From Candidatus Wolfebacteria bacterium RIFCSPLOWO2_01_FULL_45_19 (GTDB lineage: Bacteria; Patescibacteriota; Minisyncoccia; UBA6257; GWB1-45-9), in NCBI GenBank assembly GCA_001793855.1, contig MGIR01000001.1:93891-157890 (forward strand): 64,000 nt of DNA. The letters run 5' to 3'. The number at the start of each line of letters is the position of its first letter. Within the stretch, counting starts at the first letter, position 1. The notes below the pieces were generated by a model. That model worked only from the letters and a program-made list of their open reading frames with translations, was not told the origin of the DNA and made no database searches. The position numbers and the translations under genes were made by a program. Shown here piece by piece: positions 28,065 to 36,387 of the stretch.

Positions 28065-28988
28065 ATGTTTAAACAAAATATTTCTCTTTCACTTCACAGT
28101 AATTATAAAATCGGCGGCAAAGCTAAATATTTTTTTGAACCGAAAAACGAAGAAGAGCTGGTTACCGCGATTTCACATATTCGCAAACTAAAAACGGATT
28201 TATTTGTTTTAGGCGGAGGAACAAATGTATTATTCAGCGACGCAGATTTCCCAGGAGCCGTCGTAAAAATTCAAAATTCAAAATTCCAGATTCTAGATTC
28301 TAACTTGATGATCGGCGCGGGCGTTTCCATGGCTGAACTTCTCAATGTTGTCGCGGAAAAAGGATTGTCCGGTTTAGAGTGGGCGGGCGGTCTGCCGGGA
28401 ACGCTCGGCGGAGCCGTTCGCGGAAATGCCGGCGCTTTCGGCGGAGAAATAAAAGACGCGATTGAATACGTCAAAAGTTTCAACGCCAAAACCGGAAAAT
28501 TTATGACTCGCGTCAATAAAGAGTGCCGATTCTGTTATCGCGACAGTATATTTAAAAATGCGGCCAAAGACGAAATAATCTGGGAAATCGGGTTGCGGCT
28601 TAAACCCGGAAATAAAAAAGAGATACAAAGCGCCATAGAAGATAAAATTAAATACCGTTTGGAGCGGCATCCGATGGATTATCCTAACGTCGGAAGTATA
28701 TTTAAAAATGTGGATGTCGAAATTGTTCCGAAAACACTCAGAGAAAAGTTTAAGGCCAAAATTAAAATAGACCCCATTCCGGTTTTGCCAACCGCGATTT
28801 TGTTGGCGGAAGCCGGACTAAAGGGCGTCAGCCGCGGAGGAGCAATGATATCGCCAAAGCATCCAAATTTCATCGTAAATACTCTGAACGCAAGTTCCAA
28901 AGATGTGAAAATTCTTATATATCTGGTAAAATATACTATAAAGGAGAAATTCGGAATAAAACTTGAAGAGGAAATAATGATTGTATGA
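28065..28988 (+). CDS. murB: UDP-N-acetylenolpyruvoylglucosamine reductase
   Basis: The FAD-binding domain (GGGTNVLF) and the MurB C-terminal domain are present. Confidence 0.85.
   Translation: MFKQNISLSLHSNYKIGGKAKYFFEPKNEEELVTAISHIRKLKTDLFVLGGGTNVLFSDADFPGAVVKIQNSKFQILDSNLMIGAGVSMAELLNVVAEKGLSGLEWAGGLPGTLGGAVRGNAGAFGGEIKDAIEYVKSFNAKTGKFMTRVNKECRFCYRDSIFKNAAKDEIIWEIGLRLKPGNKKEIQSAIEDKIKYRLERHPMDYPNVGSIFKNVDVEIVPKTLREKFKAKIKIDPIPVLPTAILLAEAGLKGVSRGGAMISPKHPNFIVNTLNASSKDVKILIYLVKYTIKEKFGIKLEEEIMIV
28266..28300. repeat. 5 x 7-nt tandem repeat AAAATTC/AGATTCT inside murB
   Basis: aaaattc aaaattc aaaattc cagattc tagattc. Confidence 0.7.
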
Positions 28989-29305
28989 GAATCACCATCA
29001 AAGCTACGAAATTAGAGTTGACCCCGGCAGTCAGCGCGTATATTGAACAAAAAATAGGTCTCCTTGTTAAATTTATCCAGGATCTGGACAAAGAGGGGGC
29101 AGTAGAATGCAGAATTGAAATAGCGCGCATTACCAAACATCACAATAAAGGGCCGGTTTATAAAGCCGAAGCCAATTTGCGTTTGCCCGGAAAACTTTTG
29201 CGCGCCGAACATATCGACTGGAACATTCGCAGGTGTGTGGACGAAATAAAAGACGAGCTTCAGTGCCAAATTAAAAAATACAAAGCGTTGACAAACCGAC
29301 GCTAG
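28985..29305 (+). CDS. hpf: ribosome hibernation promoting factor
   Basis: The N-terminal ITIKATKLELTPAV sequence is typical of HPF/RaiA. Confidence 0.85.
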   Translation: MRITIKATKLELTPAVSAYIEQKIGLLVKFIQDLDKEGAVECRIEIARITKHHNKGPVYKAEANLRLPGKLLRAEHIDWNIRRCVDEIKDELQCQIKKYKALTNRR

Positions 29306-29351
29306 AAGATTATATATACCGTAGCCCCTTTATGTTTTAGAAGGAAACGGA

Positions 29352-30167
29352 ATGAACGTTCTGAATGTCATTTCAATGCCCTACAGTTCCAGCGGTCTCA
29401 ATAACATTAGCGTTACCGAAGATTCTCGTTCGGTTCCAGACAAGATTAAGGCGATATATGAAAATCACCGCAAAGCGGGTGTGTGTTTTCTTAAAGAAAA
29501 TAGCTTTGAAGCCGAATTGGATTTCGAAAACTTTGACGAAAACGGGAATCGAACGTGTTTTTTGGGAGGAGACAATTCAATCAGTTATCACGCGGCCAAA
29601 AGCTTTTGCACGCGTTACAAGAATCTCAAACGAGGTTTGATAGCGCTTGATGCCCATCCCGACCTTTGTAAAAAAGGGAAACCGAAACACCCATATCATT
29701 CCGATTGGCTGAGATATCTGATAGAAGAAGAAATTTTCGCGTCTTCGGATGTTTTGTGCGTGGGATGGCGAGATGTGGAAGCCGAAGAACGTGATTTTGC
29801 CCGAAAAATTGGCATGAGGCAAATTTGTCTTATGTCGGCTCTTAGGCAGGGTTTTTATAGCCCGTACCGACATAATCCGAAAAACCGGCGTGTTGACGAT
29901 TTTCAACGTTTGATGGCGATTTTTTGCGAAAACTTTGACGCGATTTATCTTTCAATTGATTTTGACGTTATAGACCCGGCGTTCGCACCCGGTGTAAATA
30001 CATTAAGTCCCGGAGGAATGACAAGCGGATACTTTATAGAGCTTATAAAAATTTTGTCCGCTGTGCCGCAAATAAAAATGTTTGACATTACGGAAGTCAA
30101 TCCTGTTCGAGACGTGAATCAAATGACCCAGCTTCTCGCGCTTAAAACAATGATTGAAATGGCATGA
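29352..30167 (+). CDS. arginase/agmatinase/formiminoglutamase-family ureohydrolase
   Basis: Manganese-binding motifs are present: GGDNSISY, ALDAHPD, SIDFDVIDPAFAPG and SPGGMT. Confidence 0.8.
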   Translation: MNVLNVISMPYSSSGLNNISVTEDSRSVPDKIKAIYENHRKAGVCFLKENSFEAELDFENFDENGNRTCFLGGDNSISYHAAKSFCTRYKNLKRGLIALDAHPDLCKKGKPKHPYHSDWLRYLIEEEIFASSDVLCVGWRDVEAEERDFARKIGMRQICLMSALRQGFYSPYRHNPKNRRVDDFQRLMAIFCENFDAIYLSIDFDVIDPAFAPGVNTLSPGGMTSGYFIELIKILSAVPQIKMFDITEVNPVRDVNQMTQLLALKTMIEMA

Positions 30168-30224
30168 TTTATGTAACCCCGCGTCTTTTCAGATGCGGGA
30201 TTTTAATTTATAATGTATTTCATA

Positions 30225-32858
30225 ATGTCTTTATTTCAAAATTTGAAGTCGTTTTTTGGAGGAGGCATAAGCTTATCAGAATTAAAATATAAGGTTGAAG
30301 AAATAAATGTTCTTGAGCCGGAAATTAAAAATTTCAGCAATGAAGAGCTTAGAACTGAAAGCTTAAAACTCAGAAAACAGCCATTGGATGAAATTTTACC
30401 GCGGGCGTTTGCCTTGGCTCGCGAAGCCGCCTGGCGCACTCTTAAACAGCGCCATTTTGACGTTCAGTTTATGGGCGGCATTGTTTTGCATAAGGGCGCC
30501 ATAGCAGAAATGTTGACCGGTGAAGGAAAAACCCTTGCCGCGACGGCACCCGCGTATTTGAATGCGCTCTCCGGCGAAGGTTCGCATGTCGTTACCGTCA
30601 ACGATTATCTGGCAATGCGTGATACCGTATGGATGGGACAAATTTACCACGCGCTTGGAATTTCAACGGCGTGCATTGTCCACGATTCGGCTTATATGTA
30701 CGATTCGGAGTGGAAAGTGAGGGAGAGTACTTTGGCCGACCAAGAACGCGACACCACAGGAGCTTTTTTGGTTCAACGCGATTATTTGCGGCCGATAAGT
30801 CGCCGCGAAGCGTACCTCGCCGACATAACATACGGCACCAACCATGAATTCGGTTTTGACTATCTTCGTGACAACCTTATTTACTCTTTAGAACAGCGTG
30901 TTCAACGCGGGCACAATTTCGCTATCATAGACGAAGTTGACAGCATACTTATTGATGAAGCGAGAACGCCTCTTATAATTTCTGCGCCGGACACCGGCTC
31001 AAGCGACTATTATAAAATTTTCGCGAGAGTGGTTGACGGCCTCAAAAAAGACGAGGATTACGCCGTTGATGAAAAATTGAAAGCGGTTAACATTACGGAC
31101 AGTGGCATAGACAAGGTTGAAAAAAATCTGAAGCTTAAAAACATTTACGCTCCCGAAAATATACGTCTGGTACATTATCTTCAGGAAAGCCTGAAAGCCA
31201 AAGCGCTTTTTCACCGCGACAAGGATTATGTTGTTAAAAACGATGGCGTGATAATAGTCGACGAATTCACTGGCAGAATGCTTCACGGCAGGCGGTATTC
31301 CGGCGGACTGCATCAGGCAATTGAAGCGAAAGAAGGCGTTAAAATTGAGGCGGAAAGCCGCACTTACGCTCAGATAACAATCCAAAATTATTTTCGGATG
31401 TATAAAAAACTCGCGGGAATGACCGGCACCGCGCAGACGTCAGCGGAAGAATTCCACAAGGTTTACAAACTTGAAGTCGCAAGTATTCCGCCAAACCGGC
31501 AAATGATCCGTAGGAATTTGTCCGATATAGTATATAAGACATTTGACGCCAAAGTAAGGGCCATCGTTGAAGATATAAGGACGCGCAGCGGAAAAGGACA
31601 GCCAGTTCTCCTCGGCACCGTTTCAATAGAAAAAAACGAGATTATTTCGGAAGCGCTCAAACGAGCCGGTATTCCGCACGAACTTTTGAACGCGAAAAGC
31701 CACGAACGTGAAGGAACAATAATAGCTCAAGCCGGAAAACTTGGCGCGGTTACCGTGGCAACAAATATGGCCGGACGTGGCGTTGACATAATTCTCGGCG
31801 GCAATCCGCCGAATCCCGTTGAAGCGGAAAAAGTTAAAAATTTGGGCGGACTTCACGTCATAGGCACGGAACGGCATGAAGCGCGGCGCATAGACAACCA
31901 ATTGCGCGGCCGCACCGGCCGGCAAGGCGATCCGGGCTCCTCGCAATTCTTTTTGTCGCTGGAAGATGACCTTATGCGAATTTTCGGAGGAGAGCGGTTA
32001 AAAAATATGATGTCCAGCATGAATGTGCCGGAAGACATTCCGATTCAATCCCAAATGGTCGGCAAAGCAATAGTGCAAGCGCAAAGCAAGGTGGAAGGAT
32101 TTAATTTTGACGCGAGAAAACACTTGCTTGATTATGACGACGTCCTGAATCAGCAAAGAACAACCGTTTACAAAAAACGCGAAAATATTTTGGGAGCGGT
32201 GTCAAAAGAAGCTATTAAAGAAATCGTTCGGGAAGCGTTTGACGGACATAAAAAAAGAATTATTGAAGGATTCACCATGTCGCCGGCTGTTTCGGAGTGG
32301 CAATTTGACGCGCTTAAGAATATGCTGACACATATCAAAATTGTTGACGAACCGAAAGGATTTGATGATTTGGCGCAAAGATTAAAAGGGCTTAGCGCCG
32401 AAATGGCAAAAGAAAAACTTGAAGAATTTTTGAATAAGGCAATTGACAAAAAACTGGACGAATTTTTCAAAAAAGAAGAAATCAACCCCGCTCCTGAAGC
32501 GAACTTCAGGGGCGGGGTTGATATTTCCGGACGTTTGCTTTCAGCCGTAGATATTATGTGGATGAATCATCTTGAGAATATGGAAGCATTGCGCGAATCT
32601 GTGCGACTTCGCGCCTACGGTCAGCGCGACCCGTTGGTTGAATACCGCTCCGAAGGTCGCCACTTGTTCAAAGAAATGCAGGCAATGACGGATGAGTGGA
32701 TATTTATGAATACGCTTAATTTTGTTCAGGCGCAAAGCGGAACGTCAAATGTTCAAAAAATTACCGTCAACGCTCGGACAGACGAAAAGAAAATAGGCAG
32801 AAACGACCCCTGCTACTGCGGTTCAGGAAAAAAGTTTAAAAAATGTCACGGAGCGTAG
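30225..32858 (+). CDS. secA: preprotein translocase ATPase SecA
   Basis: The DEAD motor domains are present (MLTGEGKTL). The C-terminal zinc finger is CYCGSGKKFKKCHG. An alternative start lies at 30213. Confidence 0.9.
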   Translation: MSLFQNLKSFFGGGISLSELKYKVEEINVLEPEIKNFSNEELRTESLKLRKQPLDEILPRAFALAREAAWRTLKQRHFDVQFMGGIVLHKGAIAEMLTGEGKTLAATAPAYLNALSGEGSHVVTVNDYLAMRDTVWMGQIYHALGISTACIVHDSAYMYDSEWKVRESTLADQERDTTGAFLVQRDYLRPISRREAYLADITYGTNHEFGFDYLRDNLIYSLEQRVQRGHNFAIIDEVDSILIDEARTPLIISAPDTGSSDYYKIFARVVDGLKKDEDYAVDEKLKAVNITDSGIDKVEKNLKLKNIYAPENIRLVHYLQESLKAKALFHRDKDYVVKNDGVIIVDEFTGRMLHGRRYSGGLHQAIEAKEGVKIEAESRTYAQITIQNYFRMYKKLAGMTGTAQTSAEEFHKVYKLEVASIPPNRQMIRRNLSDIVYKTFDAKVRAIVEDIRTRSGKGQPVLLGTVSIEKNEIISEALKRAGIPHELLNAKSHEREGTIIAQAGKLGAVTVATNMAGRGVDIILGGNPPNPVEAEKVKNLGGLHVIGTERHEARRIDNQLRGRTGRQGDPGSSQFFLSLEDDLMRIFGGERLKNMMSSMNVPEDIPIQSQMVGKAIVQAQSKVEGFNFDARKHLLDYDDVLNQQRTTVYKKRENILGAVSKEAIKEIVREAFDGHKKRIIEGFTMSPAVSEWQFDALKNMLTHIKIVDEPKGFDDLAQRLKGLSAEMAKEKLEEFLNKAIDKKLDEFFKKEEINPAPEANFRGGVDISGRLLSAVDIMWMNHLENMEALRESVRLRAYGQRDPLVEYRSEGRHLFKEMQAMTDEWIFMNTLNFVQAQSGTSNVQKITVNARTDEKKIGRNDPCYCGSGKKFKKCHGA

Positions 32859-32915
32859 GAAAATAAAAAAAGCCCAGCACAATGGCTAGGATTGGATCAT
32901 AGAATCGTTCTCTGG

Positions 32916-33416
32916 TCATCCTGCTCTCCTTCGAACATAATTTACAATATTCGCTATGGAAAAGAAAATATTCAGCAAAAGAAACACAATGGCAGACACG
33001 GCAACGGAATAAATTGTCAATAATACGCCGCCAATTGCCATCAATATAAATCCCCAACGCGCCGGGAGAACAACCAACCCGAAAGCAATGCCAATCAGTC
33101 CGAAAGAACCGAGCAATGACCAGATATCGGTAATCGAGTTGCTCAGAATTAATAAAATATACGCGATAACCGTCAATGCGATCAGTATCGTAGCTGTCCG
33201 AATTTTCGAAACTTTCTCTATAGCTAAAATTGCGGAAACAATAATCAATGCCTGCAATATCGCGAATAGCGTGTTGTTAAGAAAAAACCAGGCGTAAGCC
33301 GCCAAAATCACGCTCCCTGCCGCGAACAAAAAATTTCTGCCTCTTTCCCAAAAAACGCCTACTATGATTAACGTCAAAGCCAGATAAGCGACTGCGTCCC
33401 AGAGTTCAAAAGCCAT
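32916..33416 (-). CDS. hypothetical integral membrane protein (downstream of GT4 in a minus-strand operon)
   Basis: Four to five transmembrane segments are present. Confidence 0.4.
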   Translation of the reverse strand: MAFELWDAVAYLALTLIIVGVFWERGRNFLFAAGSVILAAYAWFFLNNTLFAILQALIIVSAILAIEKVSKIRTATILIALTVIAYILLILSNSITDIWSLLGSFGLIGIAFGLVVLPARWGFILMAIGGVLLTIYSVAVSAIVFLLLNIFFSIANIVNYVRRRAG

Positions 33417-33440
33417 ACAGTACGTACCGTATCAAATAAA

Positions 33441-34526
33441 CTATAATTTTACAAGCGTTTTAATTTTTCTTATAAATTCTTCTTTTGAGAATTTTTTCGC
33501 GGAGGCAGCCACTTTTACCGGATCAAATTTATATTTTGAAAATTCTTGCACCGCGTTTTTTAACGAATTTTCGGTTTGCTCGTTGAAAAGAATTCCGTTT
33601 TCGCCGTGAGCCACGATTTCTTTTGCGCCGCCGGCGTTATAGGCAATTACCGGTGTTCCGCAGGCAATGGCTTCCGCGGCAACAAGCCCGAAATCCTCCA
33701 CTTGCGGAAATATAAATGCCTTCGCTCCGCAATACAATTCTCTCAACTCGTTTGTGTTTTTTATAAAAGGAATAATTTCAATATTTCTAGATTTTAAATT
33801 CTTGATTCTAGATTCTAATCTTTCAAATTCCGGCCCGCTCCCAACGATTTTTAGCGGCAACCGCAACGCGTTAAAACTTTTTACGATAAGGTCAAAACGT
33901 TTGTAATGCATCAAACGTCCGGCGGCCATAAAGTAGCTTTTAGGGTTTGTGAGTTCCGGATTAAAAACTTTTAGGTCCACTGGCGGATAAATTACGGTAG
34001 AATCGCGGCCGTAATATTTTTTTATTTTGTCGGCTATAAAACGCGAATTGGCAATGAGAATGTCCGGTTTCTGTCCTGCTCGGAAATCCCAATTACGCAA
34101 ATAATTTAAAATAGATTTGAAAATTGATAACTGAAAATTTGAAATTACACCCGTTAGATATTCTTCTTCCCACGCGTAACGCAGGGGAGTGTGGCAATAG
34201 GAGATGTGTTTAACATTTGATTTAAGTGATATTCCCTTTGCGTATCCCGCGCTGCTGGAAATAATCAGGTCATAGCCGTCGTCAACAAGCATCATTTGTG
34301 CCGCAAGCGGCATCAGCGGTATGAACAGGCGATGATTTTTACGTACAAAATCAAGATCAAGAAAACTGGTTTTTTTCACGCGACCGTCAAAACGGCCGAA
34401 TGTCTTTTGTCTATCGTATAATAGAGTATACACCGGCGCGTCCGGAAAAATTTCCATCAACGTCTCCAAAACGCGTTCCGCTCCGCCGTATTGATTTAAA
34501 TAATCATGAGTTAGGGCGACTTTCAT
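33441..34526 (-). CDS. GT4 family glycosyltransferase
   Basis: The GT-B fold is indicated by the E-x7-E region (FPQVEDFGLVAAEAIACGTPVIA). Confidence 0.85.
   Translation of the reverse strand: MKVALTHDYLNQYGGAERVLETLMEIFPDAPVYTLLYDRQKTFGRFDGRVKKTSFLDLDFVRKNHRLFIPLMPLAAQMMLVDDGYDLIISSSAGYAKGISLKSNVKHISYCHTPLRYAWEEEYLTGVISNFQLSIFKSILNYLRNWDFRAGQKPDILIANSRFIADKIKKYYGRDSTVIYPPVDLKVFNPELTNPKSYFMAAGRLMHYKRFDLIVKSFNALRLPLKIVGSGPEFERLESRIKNLKSRNIEIIPFIKNTNELRELYCGAKAFIFPQVEDFGLVAAEAIACGTPVIAYNAGGAKEIVAHGENGILFNEQTENSLKNAVQEFSKYKFDPVKVAASAKKFSKEEFIRKIKTLVKL
33774..33832. repeat. about 8 x 7-nt tandem repeat (ATTCTAG/AATTTCA variants) inside GT4 gene
   Basis: taatttc aatatttc tagatttt aaattct tgattct agattct aatcttt caaattcc. 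Confidence 0.6.
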
Positions 34527-34578
34527 AGCTTTAAGTTTATAGCTTTAAGCTTTTAGCGTATAGAGGTAAACTATAAAC

Positions 34579-35166
34579 ATGAAGAGAATTTTGGATATTG
34601 TCGGGGCGGTTCTTGGTTTGTTGGTCATCGCGCCGCTTGTGCCATTCATTGCTCTAGCTATTAAATTGGAAAGCAGGGGCCCTGTTTTGGTAAAACTTGC
34701 CCGTGTGAGCGGGGGAAAAATAATTTACGTTTACAAATTCCGTTCAATGATAGAAGGAGCGCATGGACTTAAAATCCAACTTGCGAGTCTCAACGAAAGA
34801 ACCGATGGCCCATTTTTTAAACTAAAAAAAGACCCGCGAATTACCAAAATCGGCAGAATTTTAAGAAAATTCAGAATAGACGAATTTCCTCAGCTCATTA
34901 ACGTTTTAGAAGGCGAGTTGGCTTTGGTTGGGCCGCGCCCTCACGAGCCGGTGGAAGTTATCCATTATCCGGGACCATATAAGTGCTTACTTCTCGCGAA
35001 AGCCGGGGTTACGGGACTTTCTCAAGTCAGCGGCGCTTCCGGCTTGCCGTTTTTAAAAGAATTGGAACTGGATAGTTATTATGTTAAAAATCAATCGCTG
35101 TGGCTGGATTTAAAAATTATCGCTAAAACTCTCGCTATAATTTTCACGGACCCCACTGCAGTATAA
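34579..35166 (+). CDS. bacterial sugar transferase (polyprenyl-phosphate hexose-1-phosphate transferase, small PglC/WbaP C-terminal-domain type)
   Basis: The KFRSM motif and the DEFPQLINVLEGELALVGPRP motif are present. Confidence 0.85.
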   Translation: MKRILDIVGAVLGLLVIAPLVPFIALAIKLESRGPVLVKLARVSGGKIIYVYKFRSMIEGAHGLKIQLASLNERTDGPFFKLKKDPRITKIGRILRKFRIDEFPQLINVLEGELALVGPRPHEPVEVIHYPGPYKCLLLAKAGVTGLSQVSGASGLPFLKELELDSYYVKNQSLWLDLKIIAKTLAIIFTDPTAV

Positions 35167-35271
35167 AATAATGCAAAGTTAAAAAATCAAAGTATAAAAT
35201 GACAATGTAAAGTTTAAAATGATTTTAAATTTTGATTTGTAATTTTGATTTTTGCATTTTGAATTTTAACC
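35167..35271. repeat. AT-rich intergenic repeat cluster
   Basis: The left half carries caaagtWaaaa repeats. The right half carries aattttgattt direct repeats, which are partial reverse complements of the left half. Confidence 0.4.
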
Positions 35272-36378
35272 ATGCACATACTTATTGACCTTCGTCTTCT
35301 TACTAAGGGCGGCGCTACCGGTATTGAAGAATATACGACACAGCTGGTTGGACACCTTTTAACGCTGGACCAAAAAAACAAATACACCCTTTTTTATAAC
35401 GGCCTTCGCAAGGCGCCTTTGCCACGAGAATGGCTGGAGCGCTCAAATACCTCACTGGTTGACCGGCATATTCCCAACAAACTGTTTGATTTGCTGAATC
35501 GTTTTAATTTGCCGAAACTGGACGCCATAGCTAAAAGTGACGCCATATTCAGTCCGCATTTTAACATCATCTCACGCGATTCCGAAATACCACATGTTAT
35601 GACCTTTCACGATTTGTCTTTTATTCATCATCCGGAATTTTTTCCTATGCGAAAAAAGTTTTGGCACTGGCTCCAAAAGTATCAAGATCGCGCGAAGCGA
35701 GCCAGCCGCATTATCGCCGTTTCTGAATTCACCAAATGGGATTTAGTTGAATGCCTCAGTATAAAGCCGGAAAAAATTGTAACGATTTATTCTGGAATAC
35801 AAAACGAGCTTAAGCCAATGCCGCGAAAGTCGCAAGGCCGGCCGTTTATGCTCTATCTCGGCGCGATTGAACCGAGAAAAAACGTAAGCGCCGCCATACG
35901 TGCTTTCAATATACTTAAAACGTCGTCAAAATTTCGCGACTGGCAATTCGTGATAGCCGGAAATTTCGGATGGCTTTATCAAGACGTTTTAAAAGAATCG
36001 GAACAATCGCCGTACCGCGATGACATAAGATTTATCGGTAAAATTCATCCATCAGACAGGGTTTTTATATACAATCTCGCGGAATTATTCATTTATCCCT
36101 CATTTTTTGAAGGATTCGGTTTTCCACCACTTGAAGCTCAAGCTTGCGGCATACCGGTTGTGGCCTCGGACAGAACTTCTTTACCGGAAATTCTCGGCGA
36201 TTCGGCCCTGCTGGTTAATCCGTGGAAAATTGATGATATTGTTTCCGCGGCGCAAAGTATTGTTTTTAATCCCGGCGAACGCGAACGCTTAATCAGCGCT
36301 GGTTTTGAAAATGTGAAGAGATTTAATTGGGTAAAAACCGCAAGTAAAACGCTGGAAGTTTTGACTGCTACGAGATAG
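35272..36378 (+). CDS. GT4 family glycosyltransferase
   Basis: The E-x7-E region (EGFGFPPLEAQACGIPVVAS) is present. Confidence 0.85.
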   Translation: MHILIDLRLLTKGGATGIEEYTTQLVGHLLTLDQKNKYTLFYNGLRKAPLPREWLERSNTSLVDRHIPNKLFDLLNRFNLPKLDAIAKSDAIFSPHFNIISRDSEIPHVMTFHDLSFIHHPEFFPMRKKFWHWLQKYQDRAKRASRIIAVSEFTKWDLVECLSIKPEKIVTIYSGIQNELKPMPRKSQGRPFMLYLGAIEPRKNVSAAIRAFNILKTSSKFRDWQFVIAGNFGWLYQDVLKESEQSPYRDDIRFIGKIHPSDRVFIYNLAELFIYPSFFEGFGFPPLEAQACGIPVVASDRTSLPEILGDSALLVNPWKIDDIVSAAQSIVFNPGERERLISAGFENVKRFNWVKTASKTLEVLTATR

Positions 36379-36387
36379 GATAAGCTT

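Noticed and set aside
35167-35271. Possible CRISPR array, also considered for the heptamer arrays
   Set aside because: The repeat units are 7-11 nt, lack unique spacers of 25-40 nt, and no cas genes are present. These are simple tandem repeats, not CRISPR.
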